From positions 1 to 56,158 of IMG/VR virus record IMGVR_UViG_3300022902_001182: DNA of 56,158 nt; one strand, written 5' to 3'. Origin of the DNA: a virus (lineage: Duplodnaviria; Caudoviricetes). Positions 28,681 through 39,188 of the stretch are shown here, one piece after another; the stretch's first letter is position 1, and each line of letters starts with the position of its first letter. Under the pieces are notes generated by a model, which was not told the origin of the DNA, ran no database searches, and saw only the letters and a program-made list of their open reading frames with translations. The position numbers were made by a program, and so were the translations under genes.

Positions 28681-29680
28681 CTTGATTATTTAACCTTTCC
28701 CTTATATCTTTATACACTACTTTTAGTCCTTCTTTAAACGAAGTAGCTGCTTTCCAACCATCTAAGGTTTTTTCTGCCAAAGAACAATCGCACCACTGTC
28801 CCCAAATTAGAGTGTCCTTTGTCCTATCAAATTCTATCTCTATTTTTTTCCCAGAAATTTCTATTACTGCTGCGGCGATGTCGGCTATTGAAATAATTTC
28901 TTGTTTGCCAACGTTTAGAGGTCCAACTAAGGGCGTAGATTCCATTTTCTCTATCATTCTAATGGTACACTCCACGGCATCGTCTATGAAGCAATAAGAT
29001 CTTGTCTCTTCACCTGTGCCCCACACACTAAATGGAGTTTTGGGGTGCTTGATTGCTCTGTGAGAAAATACGGGGATAACACTGCCTGTATCCAGTCCAT
29101 AATCTTGTCCTGGTCCATAAATCCCGATATACCTTGCAACTGCACTCCTGAGATTTTGATGCTCTCCCATTGCATATACAATATTCTTTTCTCCAACTAA
29201 CTTTGCCATTCCATATGATAACTCGGGATTAGCTGGAAATGCCTGCTCCTCTTTTATTGCTAGCGGGTTTGGTGTTGCCTGTAACTCAAGCGGATAGACA
29301 TGAGCGCTGCTAGCATAAAAATATCTTTCTACACCAGAGGATATTACCTCGTCTAAAACATTGGCATCTATTTTTAGCATATCCCTGAACACCTCATATG
29401 GTCTTGAGGTATAGACACCAATACCGCCGACTTTTGATGCCAGGTGTACAACTATATCCATGTCGTAAAACATCCCTTTACATTCGTCGGTATTTCTGAG
29501 GTCTATATTCCTCATACTTATATTGTTGCCATCAATCTCTAAGCCACTGGTGTCACCTCTTTCTAAGTTGTCTATTATCACTACTTTTGCACCGAGTGCA
29601 GACAATGATTTGACAAGAGATTTTCCAATGAATCCACATCCCCCAGTTATACAAACTTTTTTATCTAAAAAGTAGCTCAT
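28673..29680 (-). CDS. NAD-dependent epimerase, GDP-mannose 3,5-epimerase-like
   Basis: TGGCGFIG, HLASKVGGIG, YASSAHVYP, YGMAK, VWGTGEETRSYCFIDD. Confidence 0.75.
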   Translation of the reverse strand: MSYFLDKKVCITGGCGFIGKSLVKSLSALGAKVVIIDNLERGDTSGLEIDGNNISMRNIDLRNTDECKGMFYDMDIVVHLASKVGGIGVYTSRPYEVFRDMLKIDANVLDEVISSGVERYFYASSAHVYPLELQATPNPLAIKEEQAFPANPELSYGMAKLVGEKNIVYAMGEHQNLRSAVARYIGIYGPGQDYGLDTGSVIPVFSHRAIKHPKTPFSVWGTGEETRSYCFIDDAVECTIRMIEKMESTPLVGPLNVGKQEIISIADIAAAVIEISGKKIEIEFDRTKDTLIWGQWCDCSLAEKTLDGWKAATSFKEGLKVVYKDIRERLNNQDG

Positions 29681-30369
29681 TTTGCAAAGATCATCCCATA
29701 ATTTACACGTCGGTCAGGATTACACACCTCTTCCAACTCTTCTTTTAGATCGGAGAATGATATATATTTTTCTGGTTCTACTAAATAAGGGTCGCCAGTA
29801 GCGTTATATGTCATATTCTTTATATCTTCTTTATTATCAAAATATCCTATGATTCCAGCTTCAGTATATCCAATGGTTTCTAAATGATCCATACACTTAT
29901 AAAGAACCTCTATCATTTCTTCGTGCCACTCAAAACAGATTGTTCCAACCTTTTTAGTCAGCCCTGACAATACTTCATATTCATAACCCTCTACATCAAC
30001 CTTTACAAAATCAGGTGTGCCGAAGGTATTTGTCAGCTTATCCAGGGTTATAGATGGTATTTCTAGTTTTTTTGTCCAGCCAACGGAACCTGGCGATAGG
30101 TTTTTGCTACCTTTGGCGAAACGAGAGTTGCTCATAAAATCTTCTGAGGCCGTAGACACCCCCGACTGAGTAGGGTCAATATAAAATGGAACAAAATCGT
30201 CGTCTTTATTTGAAACCAACCGGTTTATAAAAACAAAATCACCTTCAAGTTGAACATTATTAAACTCTGGGTTGGCGTCTACCCCGATTACCTTACAATT
30301 CGGAAACTTCTTATATACCTCTTTGGTAAAGTCTCCTAAGTTGAAGCCAATATCAAATACTAAATCCAT
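29677..30369 (-). CDS. FkbM-family SAM-dependent methyltransferase
   Basis: FDIGFNLG...ITLD...FVKVDVEGYE. Confidence 0.9.
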   Translation of the reverse strand: MDLVFDIGFNLGDFTKEVYKKFPNCKVIGVDANPEFNNVQLEGDFVFINRLVSNKDDDFVPFYIDPTQSGVSTASEDFMSNSRFAKGSKNLSPGSVGWTKKLEIPSITLDKLTNTFGTPDFVKVDVEGYEYEVLSGLTKKVGTICFEWHEEMIEVLYKCMDHLETIGYTEAGIIGYFDNKEDIKNMTYNATGDPYLVEPEKYISFSDLKEELEEVCNPDRRVNYGMIFAK

Positions 30370-30371
30370 TT

Positions 30372-31364
30372 CTATTCTCCCATGCTTTGTTTGATTGGTG
30401 TTTTGTTCATTATCTTCTTAAGAATACTTCTAGTTGTATATTCTTTCACAGCCAAATGATATGCTGAGTCTACCATGCTTTGATATTTTTCTGGGTTCTT
30501 TAGGGCATCATCACAAATTTCAATAAGATCACTTTCTGTTTTGTAATATATAAAATGCTTTCCTGGCACAAACCATTCTTCTATAACATTCCATGGATCT
30601 TCTTGAACTACCATTAACATCCTAAAAAACGCTGCCTCTGATATTCTTGGCTTGAGTTGAGGTGCCCTATACATCTCTAAGTGAGAAAAGGCTTCGTTTT
30701 CTTCCCATCTATCATACTTTTTTATATTTTGGATATGTGTGTCATTTATGGGCAACCAATTATAAACAGGAACGATTCTAGTTTCTCTAAGTATTTGCCA
30801 CTTCTCGCTGTTTATTACATTTTTATCTGTTATCATACTTATGAGTTTGTCACGATCTTTTAGTGGAAAGTTTGGTGACCAATATTCTGGACCCATCGTT
30901 ACAAACTTATAATTGTACTTGGATATAGTATTTATTAGCTCCTCATGCTCGGGGCAATGTACTCCTCCATAAAATATGGCATCGTTCTTTTTTTTAAAAG
31001 ACGACCCAATATTATCCTCGTTGATGGGAAATAATACTGGCTTGAACTTGTTATCGCCCGCGATATGGTTTAACCACTTGGCAGAGTAGGGACAAATTGT
31101 ATATATATCATTAAAATAGTCCTCCTTATCTGCACTATAGTTTCCTTCTATTTCCGGCAATAAAAAAGCGCAAGGTTGCTCACCATTAAAAAATACCTTC
31201 CTATTGAAATTCTTATTTTCAAATCTGGCAAACTCATTCTTTGCAGATCCATATCCTAAAAACAATACGGTATCATCTGGATATTCTTGAGAATACTTTT
31301 CAAATCCCATGTGGTTAATAATACAATCCTTATAATTGTCTGCCCAATCAATTACTGTTTTCAT
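30372..31364 (-). CDS. Putative glycosyltransferase (GT-B, CgeB/Glyco_trans_1_2-like)
   Basis: KPRISEAA...WFVPGKHFIYY C-terminal pattern; glycan cluster context. Start revised to MKTVIDW. Confidence 0.6.
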   Translation of the reverse strand: MKTVIDWADNYKDCIINHMGFEKYSQEYPDDTVLFLGYGSAKNEFARFENKNFNRKVFFNGEQPCAFLLPEIEGNYSADKEDYFNDIYTICPYSAKWLNHIAGDNKFKPVLFPINEDNIGSSFKKKNDAIFYGGVHCPEHEELINTISKYNYKFVTMGPEYWSPNFPLKDRDKLISMITDKNVINSEKWQILRETRIVPVYNWLPINDTHIQNIKKYDRWEENEAFSHLEMYRAPQLKPRISEAAFFRMLMVVQEDPWNVIEEWFVPGKHFIYYKTESDLIEICDDALKNPEKYQSMVDSAYHLAVKEYTTRSILKKIMNKTPIKQSMGE

Positions 31365-31368
31365 TTTA

Positions 31369-32364
31369 TTATCTCGTCGGCATCGTGACAAACTCTAGCG
31401 GAAGTCCGCCAAGCAGCTTCTTATTATTTTTAGCTTGTGCTCTAAGTGTTTTGGATAGGCTGCCGGTTTGATCTCTGTGTGAAATTACCAAATTTTCGCC
31501 TATGAGCAAACCATTTTCTCGGTGATATCCGATGTTTTGTAAAAATTCAAGGATGTCATTTGTGGAATATCCAAATTGCTCTGTATTCTCTTGACAAAAT
31601 TCTATGATTAGATTGGGCATGTGTCGGATCAGAGTTTTTGCTGCGCCCTTGAGTATATTTAGCTCAGCGCCTTCGGTGTCTATTTTTATAGCATTGACCC
31701 AGGGGATTTGATTAGTTTCCATAAAATCATCTATTGTAATACACTCTACTTCTATTTGAAGGATATCTGAACGATCAGCTATCCTTCTCAGATCACTTCC
31801 AAAGGTTGAGAGACCCGACCATTCTGATTTGCTAGCAACATTGAGGGTCATGTTTTTCTTTTCATCCCAAAAAGCATTTTTACTAAGCTTAATATTTTCT
31901 GCCAGCCAGGGATATTCTTGTGAATTCAAAAATACATTTTCGTAGAAGGTTGCAAAAAGCTCTGTATTTGGCTCAAAACTATAACATTTCATATCCTTCT
32001 CAAATGTAGTGACAAGAGAAAAAGCGCCAGTTGAGGCACCTATATCAAAGATAATAGGATGTGGGTTTGATTTTGCTAGTTGATCTTCTTTCGCCACCTG
32101 GTGGTACATCGCTATTAATGTTGGCTCTGCTGGTATACCGGACGAAGTAGCATATTCATTGATATCAATGCCATGGTGATTTTTACAATATTCTCTATAA
32201 TTTTTCCAAACAACGTTTTTTATAGTATTGGGATCTATTCCCTGTAAGGCTGGTGCGTGAAATGATCCACCCCATAAAAAAGATAATGGTGACACATTTA
32301 TCCTATGATCGGGATGAAACATACTTGTCAAAGGAATTCTATGGGCTATCACTGTATCCTTCAT
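31369..32364 (-). CDS. FkbM-family methyltransferase with N-terminal extension
   Basis: IFDIGASTG, SFEPN, ITIDDF, IKIDTEGAE. Start revised to the ATGA overlap. Confidence 0.88.
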   Translation of the reverse strand: MKDTVIAHRIPLTSMFHPDHRINVSPLSFLWGGSFHAPALQGIDPNTIKNVVWKNYREYCKNHHGIDINEYATSSGIPAEPTLIAMYHQVAKEDQLAKSNPHPIIFDIGASTGAFSLVTTFEKDMKCYSFEPNTELFATFYENVFLNSQEYPWLAENIKLSKNAFWDEKKNMTLNVASKSEWSGLSTFGSDLRRIADRSDILQIEVECITIDDFMETNQIPWVNAIKIDTEGAELNILKGAAKTLIRHMPNLIIEFCQENTEQFGYSTNDILEFLQNIGYHRENGLLIGENLVISHRDQTGSLSKTLRAQAKNNKKLLGGLPLEFVTMPTR

Positions 32365-33251
32365 TTCAATATCCAACTTTCAGGGTAAAAGCCCTCGCGA
32401 TAAGTATAATTTTCTAAATCTGGGTGATAATGTAAGGGAGCGATAACTTCCTTATTGTTGTTTTTGTTTAGATAAGCAGCCCACCACCCAAAGCTACTAA
32501 TATGTGATATTATGTTGTGGTCACAATTCATAATGGTAGAAAAATCAAGCATGGCTGTGTTCTTATCAGCTACAATATATTCTTCTCCTTCTAAATTCTT
32601 TTGGCACCATTCTATATCATTACTATTCTCATTATTTTGACTACGAGCACCGCCGGTAAAAACTAAGAATTTCACTTTCCTATTCTTAAAATTATCTTTA
32701 GCTGCTGTCAAATATCTTCCATAGAAACTGTTGTTCTGAAGTTCCCCATTAGTTCCATACATTGTTGAAAGTTTAGGGTTTGGATTAGACCAGTCGGTGT
32801 TATCACCTCGGCGTAGGTGAAGTGAGACTATCTCATATCCACTATAATCACTTTTGATCTGGCTCAGTCGTTCAGACGCCTGTTCTGTAATATACTCTTT
32901 CGGGGTAAGTTCTTTTTTTATTTGGTTCGCGAAGTTTCCAAAATAGAAAGTGCTTTGAAAAAAACCATTTATTGAAGAGTTATCTGGTATTTTAAAGAAA
33001 TTCTCATCATATTTCATGTGGTCTGGTTCATTATATAGAAATTGGAGGTTTTCAAGATCGCTTGCTGTCAAGAAATCACAACCAATATTAAAATTTTCCA
33101 GCAGACACGATTGTCCGTGCCAATCCCTTTGAGTAGGGTTGGGAATTTTTATCTCATAATTATTTTCTAAAGAAAGGGCTCTAAGAGCAGCATATTGGAA
33201 TAGCTGATTTCCGAGGCGTCCATTCTCCCCAAGTTTGTGAAATGTTATCAT
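32361..33251 (-). CDS. Alpha-1,2-fucosyltransferase-like glycosyltransferase (GT11)
   Basis: GRLGNQLFQYA, GFFQS, LHLRRGD, SSFGWWAAYL. Confidence 0.92.
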   Translation of the reverse strand: MITFHKLGENGRLGNQLFQYAALRALSLENNYEIKIPNPTQRDWHGQSCLLENFNIGCDFLTASDLENLQFLYNEPDHMKYDENFFKIPDNSSINGFFQSTFYFGNFANQIKKELTPKEYITEQASERLSQIKSDYSGYEIVSLHLRRGDNTDWSNPNPKLSTMYGTNGELQNNSFYGRYLTAAKDNFKNRKVKFLVFTGGARSQNNENSNDIEWCQKNLEGEEYIVADKNTAMLDFSTIMNCDHNIISHISSFGWWAAYLNKNNNKEVIAPLHYHPDLENYTYREGFYPESWILK

Positions 33252-33859
33252 TTTTTTCTAAAAAGTTCAAACTCTGTTAGATCGCGATATGGAGGATCTT
33301 CTGGCATATCAGGCATATGTTCTGGATAGTTTTGCATAAGAGTCAACCCTCTTGCGGCTTGTTCGGGCGTCATATACATATTCCAACCTTCTTCATCTAT
33401 CATATCTTCATGGTATTGCATACCGTCAGTCCTACCTTCATAGCGTCGTGCTTTGAGCCACTTTACGGCATCGGGGTCGGAACATAATATCATTCCGCCT
33501 TTTCCTATTTTTAGATGCTTTTTGATATGGAAAGATAAGCACATAAATGTGTCAGGCATATACATTCCTGATGTCAGTCTTTTTGCTGCGTCATATATTG
33601 GGAAGGGCTTGAGTTGATAAATGCCTTGCCATGAAACGTCTTCAAATATTACTTTTCCTCCTGCCTGAGTTATGGACTGCGGGGGAGATAAATAGGTTCT
33701 CTTCGGAATCGTAATTTCCTTGCCCTTGACATCAAGCCACTTACATGCTAGAAAAATAGCGTTGGTGCAGCTATTGACCGAAACTGCATAAGGTGCTCCG
33801 GTATAATGGGCGACCTCTTCCTCAAACATTTGGACAATTTTATATGGATTATGAAGCAT
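33248..33859 (-). CDS. DegT/DnrJ/EryC1/StrS-family PLP aminotransferase (short, ~203 aa)
   Basis: FEEEVAHYTGAPYAVSVNSCTNA, YDAA, SFHIKKHL (PLP lysine), GGMI. Start revised to MLHNPY. Confidence 0.8.
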   Translation of the reverse strand: MLHNPYKIVQMFEEEVAHYTGAPYAVSVNSCTNAIFLACKWLDVKGKEITIPKRTYLSPPQSITQAGGKVIFEDVSWQGIYQLKPFPIYDAAKRLTSGMYMPDTFMCLSFHIKKHLKIGKGGMILCSDPDAVKWLKARRYEGRTDGMQYHEDMIDEEGWNMYMTPEQAARGLTLMQNYPEHMPDMPEDPPYRDLTEFELFRKK

Positions 33860-34254
33860 CAATCTTTCTCCAAAATATAATATTTCTTTTTGAAGCCACA
33901 TTTCTCAAATAGAGCAATGCTAGCAGGATTATCAAGTTTGATTTTTGCTATAGAATCTGGCATTATTTTTATTATCTCATTTATCATAAAAGTTCCAATG
34001 CCATACCCCTGGAATTGGGGATGAGTCGCGACTCGGATATCCTTGTTTATAATACCAACATATCCTGCTGGTTCATTATCGCACAAACAAACGTAATAGT
34101 TAACACCATATTTTTGCATATACTGGAGGTGTTCTTTTTTGGTTATATTATCCTGTTGTATAAAACCTTGTTTTACCTGTTTGTTATTGCGTAAGTCTCT
34201 TATAAAATCCCAGTATTCTTTAGAGTTTTTTATGAGGGCTAAACTACCACTCAT
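33859..34254 (-). CDS. GNAT N-acetyltransferase (PseH-like)
   Basis: HPQFQGYGIG acetyl-CoA motif and NPASIALFEKCGF. Confidence 0.88.
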   Translation of the reverse strand: MSGSLALIKNSKEYWDFIRDLRNNKQVKQGFIQQDNITKKEHLQYMQKYGVNYYVCLCDNEPAGYVGIINKDIRVATHPQFQGYGIGTFMINEIIKIMPDSIAKIKLDNPASIALFEKCGFKKKYYILEKD

Positions 34255-35035
34255 CTACTTGATTTCCCCAATGACTGCTACTCTTCATCCAATAACTTGT
34301 AAGATATCCTCTTGTAAACTTCCAGCCCTCTAAATCAAGATATGGGTTTAGGCTACTACCAATATCCAGAAAGGTATTATTCTGATTTTCTTTATAACAT
34401 TCGTGAATAACGAAGTTGCTTAGGCTTGCAGCACTACAAAGTATCAAGTGATTTTCTATATTATTATCTGCAATATACTTTTTAACTTCTTCCGCTGTAT
34501 CATAGTTGTTGATCATGCAGTTACTGCCGATTCTAAACTCTTTCTTTATTTCAAATGGAAGTCCTGCCAAATTTGCAGCCTCGTTGACAACATATATAAT
34601 TTCTTTATTTTTGAATAGCGGGACGATTTCCTCAACGTATCTCGGATAATTACTATTAATAAGTACGTTTGCAAAGGTCAAACTATCTTCATCCCCTGAG
34701 CCGTGTAAGTTTATCTGCCAGTTGAAGTTTTCTTCCCCCACATCAGTTTTTGTACAAACGCCCTTGAAATAATTCTTCTCCCTAAACTGGAAGCTCTCTA
34801 TCAATTTTTCTCTGTGGAATTGATGCTTATCCGGAAGAAACTCTTTCTGTTCTTCTTTTGTATATATATTATTTCCAACTCTATCTCCTGTTACAAAATA
34901 ACTAGGAGCCAAGACAACTGTCTTGTTCTGCATAATAAACATCTCACCATCCGAATATCTTGCAAATGCGAAATTCTCACCGGTGGTTAGCATATCTTTG
35001 AACTTGTTAAATTCTTCTTTGAAATCTTTTGTCAT
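34244..35035 (-). CDS. Putative GT-D-fold-like glycosyltransferase
   Basis: FAFARYSDGE N-terminal and FLDIGS C-terminal motifs. Start revised to MTKDF. Confidence 0.55.
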   Translation of the reverse strand: MTKDFKEEFNKFKDMLTTGENFAFARYSDGEMFIMQNKTVVLAPSYFVTGDRVGNNIYTKEEQKEFLPDKHQFHREKLIESFQFREKNYFKGVCTKTDVGEENFNWQINLHGSGDEDSLTFANVLINSNYPRYVEEIVPLFKNKEIIYVVNEAANLAGLPFEIKKEFRIGSNCMINNYDTAEEVKKYIADNNIENHLILCSAASLSNFVIHECYKENQNNTFLDIGSSLNPYLDLEGWKFTRGYLTSYWMKSSSHWGNQVDEW

Positions 35036-36651
35036 TTTGATAATCCTTCTACTGTTTTCCATCCATTTTTAATAGCGTTTTGTATACACATATCTCGTTC
35101 CTGGAAAAACTGCTGGTGTGATACTTGTTGATTATTAGAGGTCGCCTTTGAATCTATCCCAAGTTCGTTGCCCCTGGTTGATCCGTGTAACTCTTTATCG
35201 TTTGATGGGTGAGGAGGGCAAAAGGTATTTATGCCACCATATTTCTGGGCCAAATAAGAAAATTGAATGTCTTCCCCGTTATCCCAGGTGAATGGTTTCT
35301 CTCTCCATAAAAATTGCAACCAGTCCCGTTTGAAGAACCATGCATGACCAACTAAATCTACCCGAGTTCTATCTTCGTTCTGAGTTGGCCAGCCGCAACG
35401 TGCATGCTTCATATAATAATCCTCGCTCTTGAGTATTATTCCTGCCGAGCCTTGTATTCCCTCTTCCTGTCCCATACTATCTAAACAATTTTCAAACCAT
35501 TTAGAGCCAGGGATAGTGTCGTCATCAAAGATTGCTACATACTCTGTGTCTGCCAGTAAGGCTGCGGCAAATCTGCCATAAAACTTCCAGTTATAGTCGT
35601 TGCTAAATACACGGTCAACATCTAGCTGGTGATGATCAAAATCTTGGTTGTCCTCGTGCTTGTTTATCCATAGCCATATTTCTTTAGGCTGGATTGTTTG
35701 GCTTCGGATTGCCTCTATTTGTGCTTTGAGGTTGTGTGGTCTTCTGTAAGAGTTCAAAATCACAGTAATATTATTATCTGAGAAGCTTGATTCTTTTATT
35801 TCTTTTTGCCCTAAAAACGCATCCGTGAATTTCTTTGGAGTGGATTTTCTGGCGTCTTCCAATACTTCCATTATTTGGGTGGGGTTGCCACTAAACCAGT
35901 CTTCGCTGATAACGCCTAGCATCTTATTCGTAATTATTTCGCAGCCAGCCAATTTTGCCTCTACTGTGACCCTTGATAATGTTTCTAATACTTTTGGGAA
36001 AAAGACGAAATATGTGTATTTGGTAAGGAGCTTATAAAAATCCAGAGATGACGGTGCCTCTAATAAATCATACGGAATGTTATTATCATTGCAATACTTT
36101 TCCGACATTTGTTGATTTTTTATAACATTGTCAGATTTCATGATCGCGGCTCTGCCATTTTTTTCTGGTATTACAATATTCTTTATATCAGATAAAAATT
36201 CAGTTGTCCACAAGCTTGTTCCAAGGTTGATTGTATTAGCTAATGGAATATTCTTCTTTAGAACCTCGGCGTGGATTTTACTTTGACAAAAAACAGCTAA
36301 GGAATTTTCATAAAATTCTTGGTTAATAATCAAATGCCTTGGTGCAGTAAAATCAGGATAAGATGCCGGGTTTCTATTGACCACATATTTGTGATCGTGC
36401 TCATATAAAACATAGTTACAGCGGTATAGAGCCTCTTTAGGTCCTCCGCCTAATAGCATAAAGTTGCTGACTATAAATCTACTACCCTTATTTTCTAAAA
36501 TGTATTCTTTAGTTACGTCTGCTGAATATTTCCTTATTACAGTATTGCCTTCCTGGGAAAGAAGAGTAAGTAACTCTTCATTTGCCATTTCAGCGCCGCC
36601 GAAGAAATCACCCAAAAAATAATCAGCTATAAAAATGTATTCTTGACTCAT
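35032..36651 (-). CDS. Two-domain glycosyltransferase (GT-B N-terminal + GT-A C-terminal)
   Basis: GGAE...ETLSRVTVEAKLAGC (GT4-like), followed by ITVILNSYRR...AIFDDDTIPG...GEDIQFS (GT2-like). Confidence 0.85.
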   Translation of the reverse strand: MSQEYIFIADYFLGDFFGGAEMANEELLTLLSQEGNTVIRKYSADVTKEYILENKGSRFIVSNFMLLGGGPKEALYRCNYVLYEHDHKYVVNRNPASYPDFTAPRHLIINQEFYENSLAVFCQSKIHAEVLKKNIPLANTINLGTSLWTTEFLSDIKNIVIPEKNGRAAIMKSDNVIKNQQMSEKYCNDNNIPYDLLEAPSSLDFYKLLTKYTYFVFFPKVLETLSRVTVEAKLAGCEIITNKMLGVISEDWFSGNPTQIMEVLEDARKSTPKKFTDAFLGQKEIKESSFSDNNITVILNSYRRPHNLKAQIEAIRSQTIQPKEIWLWINKHEDNQDFDHHQLDVDRVFSNDYNWKFYGRFAAALLADTEYVAIFDDDTIPGSKWFENCLDSMGQEEGIQGSAGIILKSEDYYMKHARCGWPTQNEDRTRVDLVGHAWFFKRDWLQFLWREKPFTWDNGEDIQFSYLAQKYGGINTFCPPHPSNDKELHGSTRGNELGIDSKATSNNQQVSHQQFFQERDMCIQNAIKNGWKTVEGLSK

Positions 36652-37910
36652 ATTTTTTGTACTGTTTCCATGTTTTCCGCCCAGCGGGTAGTTTCATTTT
36701 CAATTCCAGACCAGATAGCATCAGACATTGCCTTATGTTGATTTTCTTCTGAGAATGTTTCTAGGATGTGGGTTTGTAATCTATTCGCCGTTGTCCTCTT
36801 CGCTTTAAGTTCAGTAAAGACACTTCTCATGGCTCTTTTGAATTTATCTTCCTTTGGACGACACCAGTTCATGTCTTTTGTAATGATTCCTGGCATCAAG
36901 GCAATTTCTGGTACAGGTACAATATCTACCGCCACCTTTTCATAGCAAGTTTCTCTCTTTATTTTACCTGCTTTGTTTTTGGTTGTGGTAGACAAAAAGT
37001 CTACATGACCAGACCATGCTGGAGCAATCACTGGCAGTCCGCTATAAGCAGATTCAAAGATAGGAAGTCCGAAGCCCTCACCGTGGGTAGCGGTGAGATA
37101 TGCTGACATTTGCGGATGAACATAGAGTCCATGCAATTCTTCATCAGACATTGCGCCATGAATATGATATATTTTACACTTGCGAGGACCTAGTTGTTCT
37201 ATGAAACCCTTTAGTAATCTCTCAGACTTATAACGATCAGGTATTGAGTTATTTTCACCATGAGCCTTCAAGAGTAAACCAACGTTCTCTTCTTCTCTAA
37301 ACTCTTCAACAAACCATTTAAGCGCATCTTCTATATTTTTTCTTGGTGCCATTTGGGTAATGGATAAAAAGTTGAAGTCTGTTGGTAGTTTGATTTTTTC
37401 AGATAAATCTACGGGAACAATATTTCTAACTGGGTAAGTTACAACCTCTACTGGTTTTTGACATCCCACCAGCGAAAGAACCTCGTCAGTATGCTCATTT
37501 TTGATATCATATTTTGTCTTAAGAAAAGTATCGGCAGTATGGGCTGAAGTTACAATTATCTTATCCATTGAGTTCGCTCGGCGGAGCCAGTCAAGTGGTA
37601 CCCGATCAGTTTCTACTCCAGCAGTGATACCAATATTAATCTTTGCCAATCCCTTCCATTCGGTGGGGACGGTTACCTGAATGGATACATCAAATTCTCC
37701 TTGATATGACGCCGCCTTTTGGATAAGAAAATTATAATACTTTCTTTTAAAGTTATCCTCATGAAGCCAACTGCTTCTTCCCCAGTTAAGCGGGCTAACA
37801 TATACATCATAAAGATCTGGACGGCTAGATAAAGCATCTATTACAAATCTTGAATGAACACCATATCCTGATTTTGATAGGACTGGCGCTACTACTAATA
37901 CTTTCTTCAT
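36648..37910 (-). CDS. Glycosyltransferase family 4
   Basis: SGYGVHSR, PRKN, HGEGFGLPIFESAYSGLPVI. Start revised to MKKVL (ATGA overlap). Confidence 0.9.
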   Translation of the reverse strand: MKKVLVVAPVLSKSGYGVHSRFVIDALSSRPDLYDVYVSPLNWGRSSWLHEDNFKRKYYNFLIQKAASYQGEFDVSIQVTVPTEWKGLAKINIGITAGVETDRVPLDWLRRANSMDKIIVTSAHTADTFLKTKYDIKNEHTDEVLSLVGCQKPVEVVTYPVRNIVPVDLSEKIKLPTDFNFLSITQMAPRKNIEDALKWFVEEFREEENVGLLLKAHGENNSIPDRYKSERLLKGFIEQLGPRKCKIYHIHGAMSDEELHGLYVHPQMSAYLTATHGEGFGLPIFESAYSGLPVIAPAWSGHVDFLSTTTKNKAGKIKRETCYEKVAVDIVPVPEIALMPGIITKDMNWCRPKEDKFKRAMRSVFTELKAKRTTANRLQTHILETFSEENQHKAMSDAIWSGIENETTRWAENMETVQKI

Positions 37911-39175
37911 ACTGTTATACACTCCCAGCTATTATATTTTTTTCTATTTTCCCAAGATCCATGCTCATCGTGAATTTTATCCATTAGAGTAATCCAATTA
38001 TTTTTGAAATCGGAGAAATTATAGTTTTTCATAATGTGTTCTCTGCCGCGAAGTCCTAAAGCTGTTCTATCTTCCATGGTCATATTATATATTTTTTCCA
38101 AGGCTGCGATAAAGTCATCTTTATTTATTCTATCTTCAAAAATGAAGGGAACTTGTTGTGATCCGATTATTGCCTTGGATGATGGTTCAATCCCTACCCC
38201 AAAGAAATCTTCGCCATCCGTAACCTGTTCTTGAAGACCTCCGGTCATGCTGACTATAATTGGAGTACCACAAGATAATGATTCTAAAGTGGCAAGTCCA
38301 AATCCTTCTGCATCTGAGATATTGACTGTACAATCTGCCATCTTGTAAAGAATGGATAGTTGGTCTTGTTGAAGTTTTTCCGTAGAGAATAGAACCTCTC
38401 CGTTATTCAAACCAAGCTCTTCTATGATATAGTCCAATGGCTGACCGTGGGGGTCCCTTACATCAGTATGCATCAATAAACATGCCTTATCTTTCCCTAC
38501 CTTATCAAGGAATTCCTTAAACCAAAAGATAAGCGTACCACTCTGCTTTCTGCGAGCATTTCTATTGTTCCAGAAAAAGATTACCTTATCGGTAACGCCC
38601 ATGTTGGATTCTCTTACATTTTTTACAAGTGCCCGTTCAGATTCAGTTGATGGAGGCTTGAATATGTCAGTGTTGACTGCATGTGGAATATAATATTCTT
38701 CTGCTTCTGGAGCCACAGTCTGAACGATGTCGCTAGTTACCTTTGAAATTGTAGCTATAACATCAGTTGAATCATACCATTTTTTATTGAACGCCGGATA
38801 TGGTGTGTTATCCCACACATGATAGTACACCATTGGGACAAGTGGACGGATTTCGTCCTCCATATTCCAAAGCCATTCATAAAATCTAGGATCAGTCATA
38901 AAATACAGAATGTCTGGTTTATGGTGGTGAATCATCTGGCGGAGCATATCTGGATTTCCGTATCCATCAACAGGATAAACTATCCAGTCCTCTCCATATT
39001 TTTCGGTTTTGACTGGATTATAGTTAGGGTGTGTAATCGCACCCCCTAATGATACCACCTGGTACCTTCCTGTGTCAAGTAGTGTTTCTAAAATATATTT
39101 TGTTTGTGTGCCTACACCAGATGGTAAAAATGGGTGGTCACTCAGAGTTAGGATTTTGATTTTTTTATTTGTCAC
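37907..39175 (-). CDS. Glycosyltransferase family 4
   Basis: SGVGTQT, YIPHAV, RNARRKQ, AEGFGLATLESLSCGTPII. Likely GTG start at 39175 after a GAGG SD. Confidence 0.9.
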   Translation of the reverse strand: MTNKKIKILTLSDHPFLPSGVGTQTKYILETLLDTGRYQVVSLGGAITHPNYNPVKTEKYGEDWIVYPVDGYGNPDMLRQMIHHHKPDILYFMTDPRFYEWLWNMEDEIRPLVPMVYYHVWDNTPYPAFNKKWYDSTDVIATISKVTSDIVQTVAPEAEEYYIPHAVNTDIFKPPSTESERALVKNVRESNMGVTDKVIFFWNNRNARRKQSGTLIFWFKEFLDKVGKDKACLLMHTDVRDPHGQPLDYIIEELGLNNGEVLFSTEKLQQDQLSILYKMADCTVNISDAEGFGLATLESLSCGTPIIVSMTGGLQEQVTDGEDFFGVGIEPSSKAIIGSQQVPFIFEDRINKDDFIAALEKIYNMTMEDRTALGLRGREHIMKNYNFSDFKNNWITLMDKIHDEHGSWENRKKYNSWECITV

Positions 39176-39188
39176 TTTACGCCCTCGT

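Noticed and set aside
22681-39175. Bacterial chromosomal O-antigen/capsule locus
   Set aside because: It is embedded seamlessly between phage baseplate/sigma and phage PhoH genes and lacks export/polymerase genes; no integrase or att site was seen.
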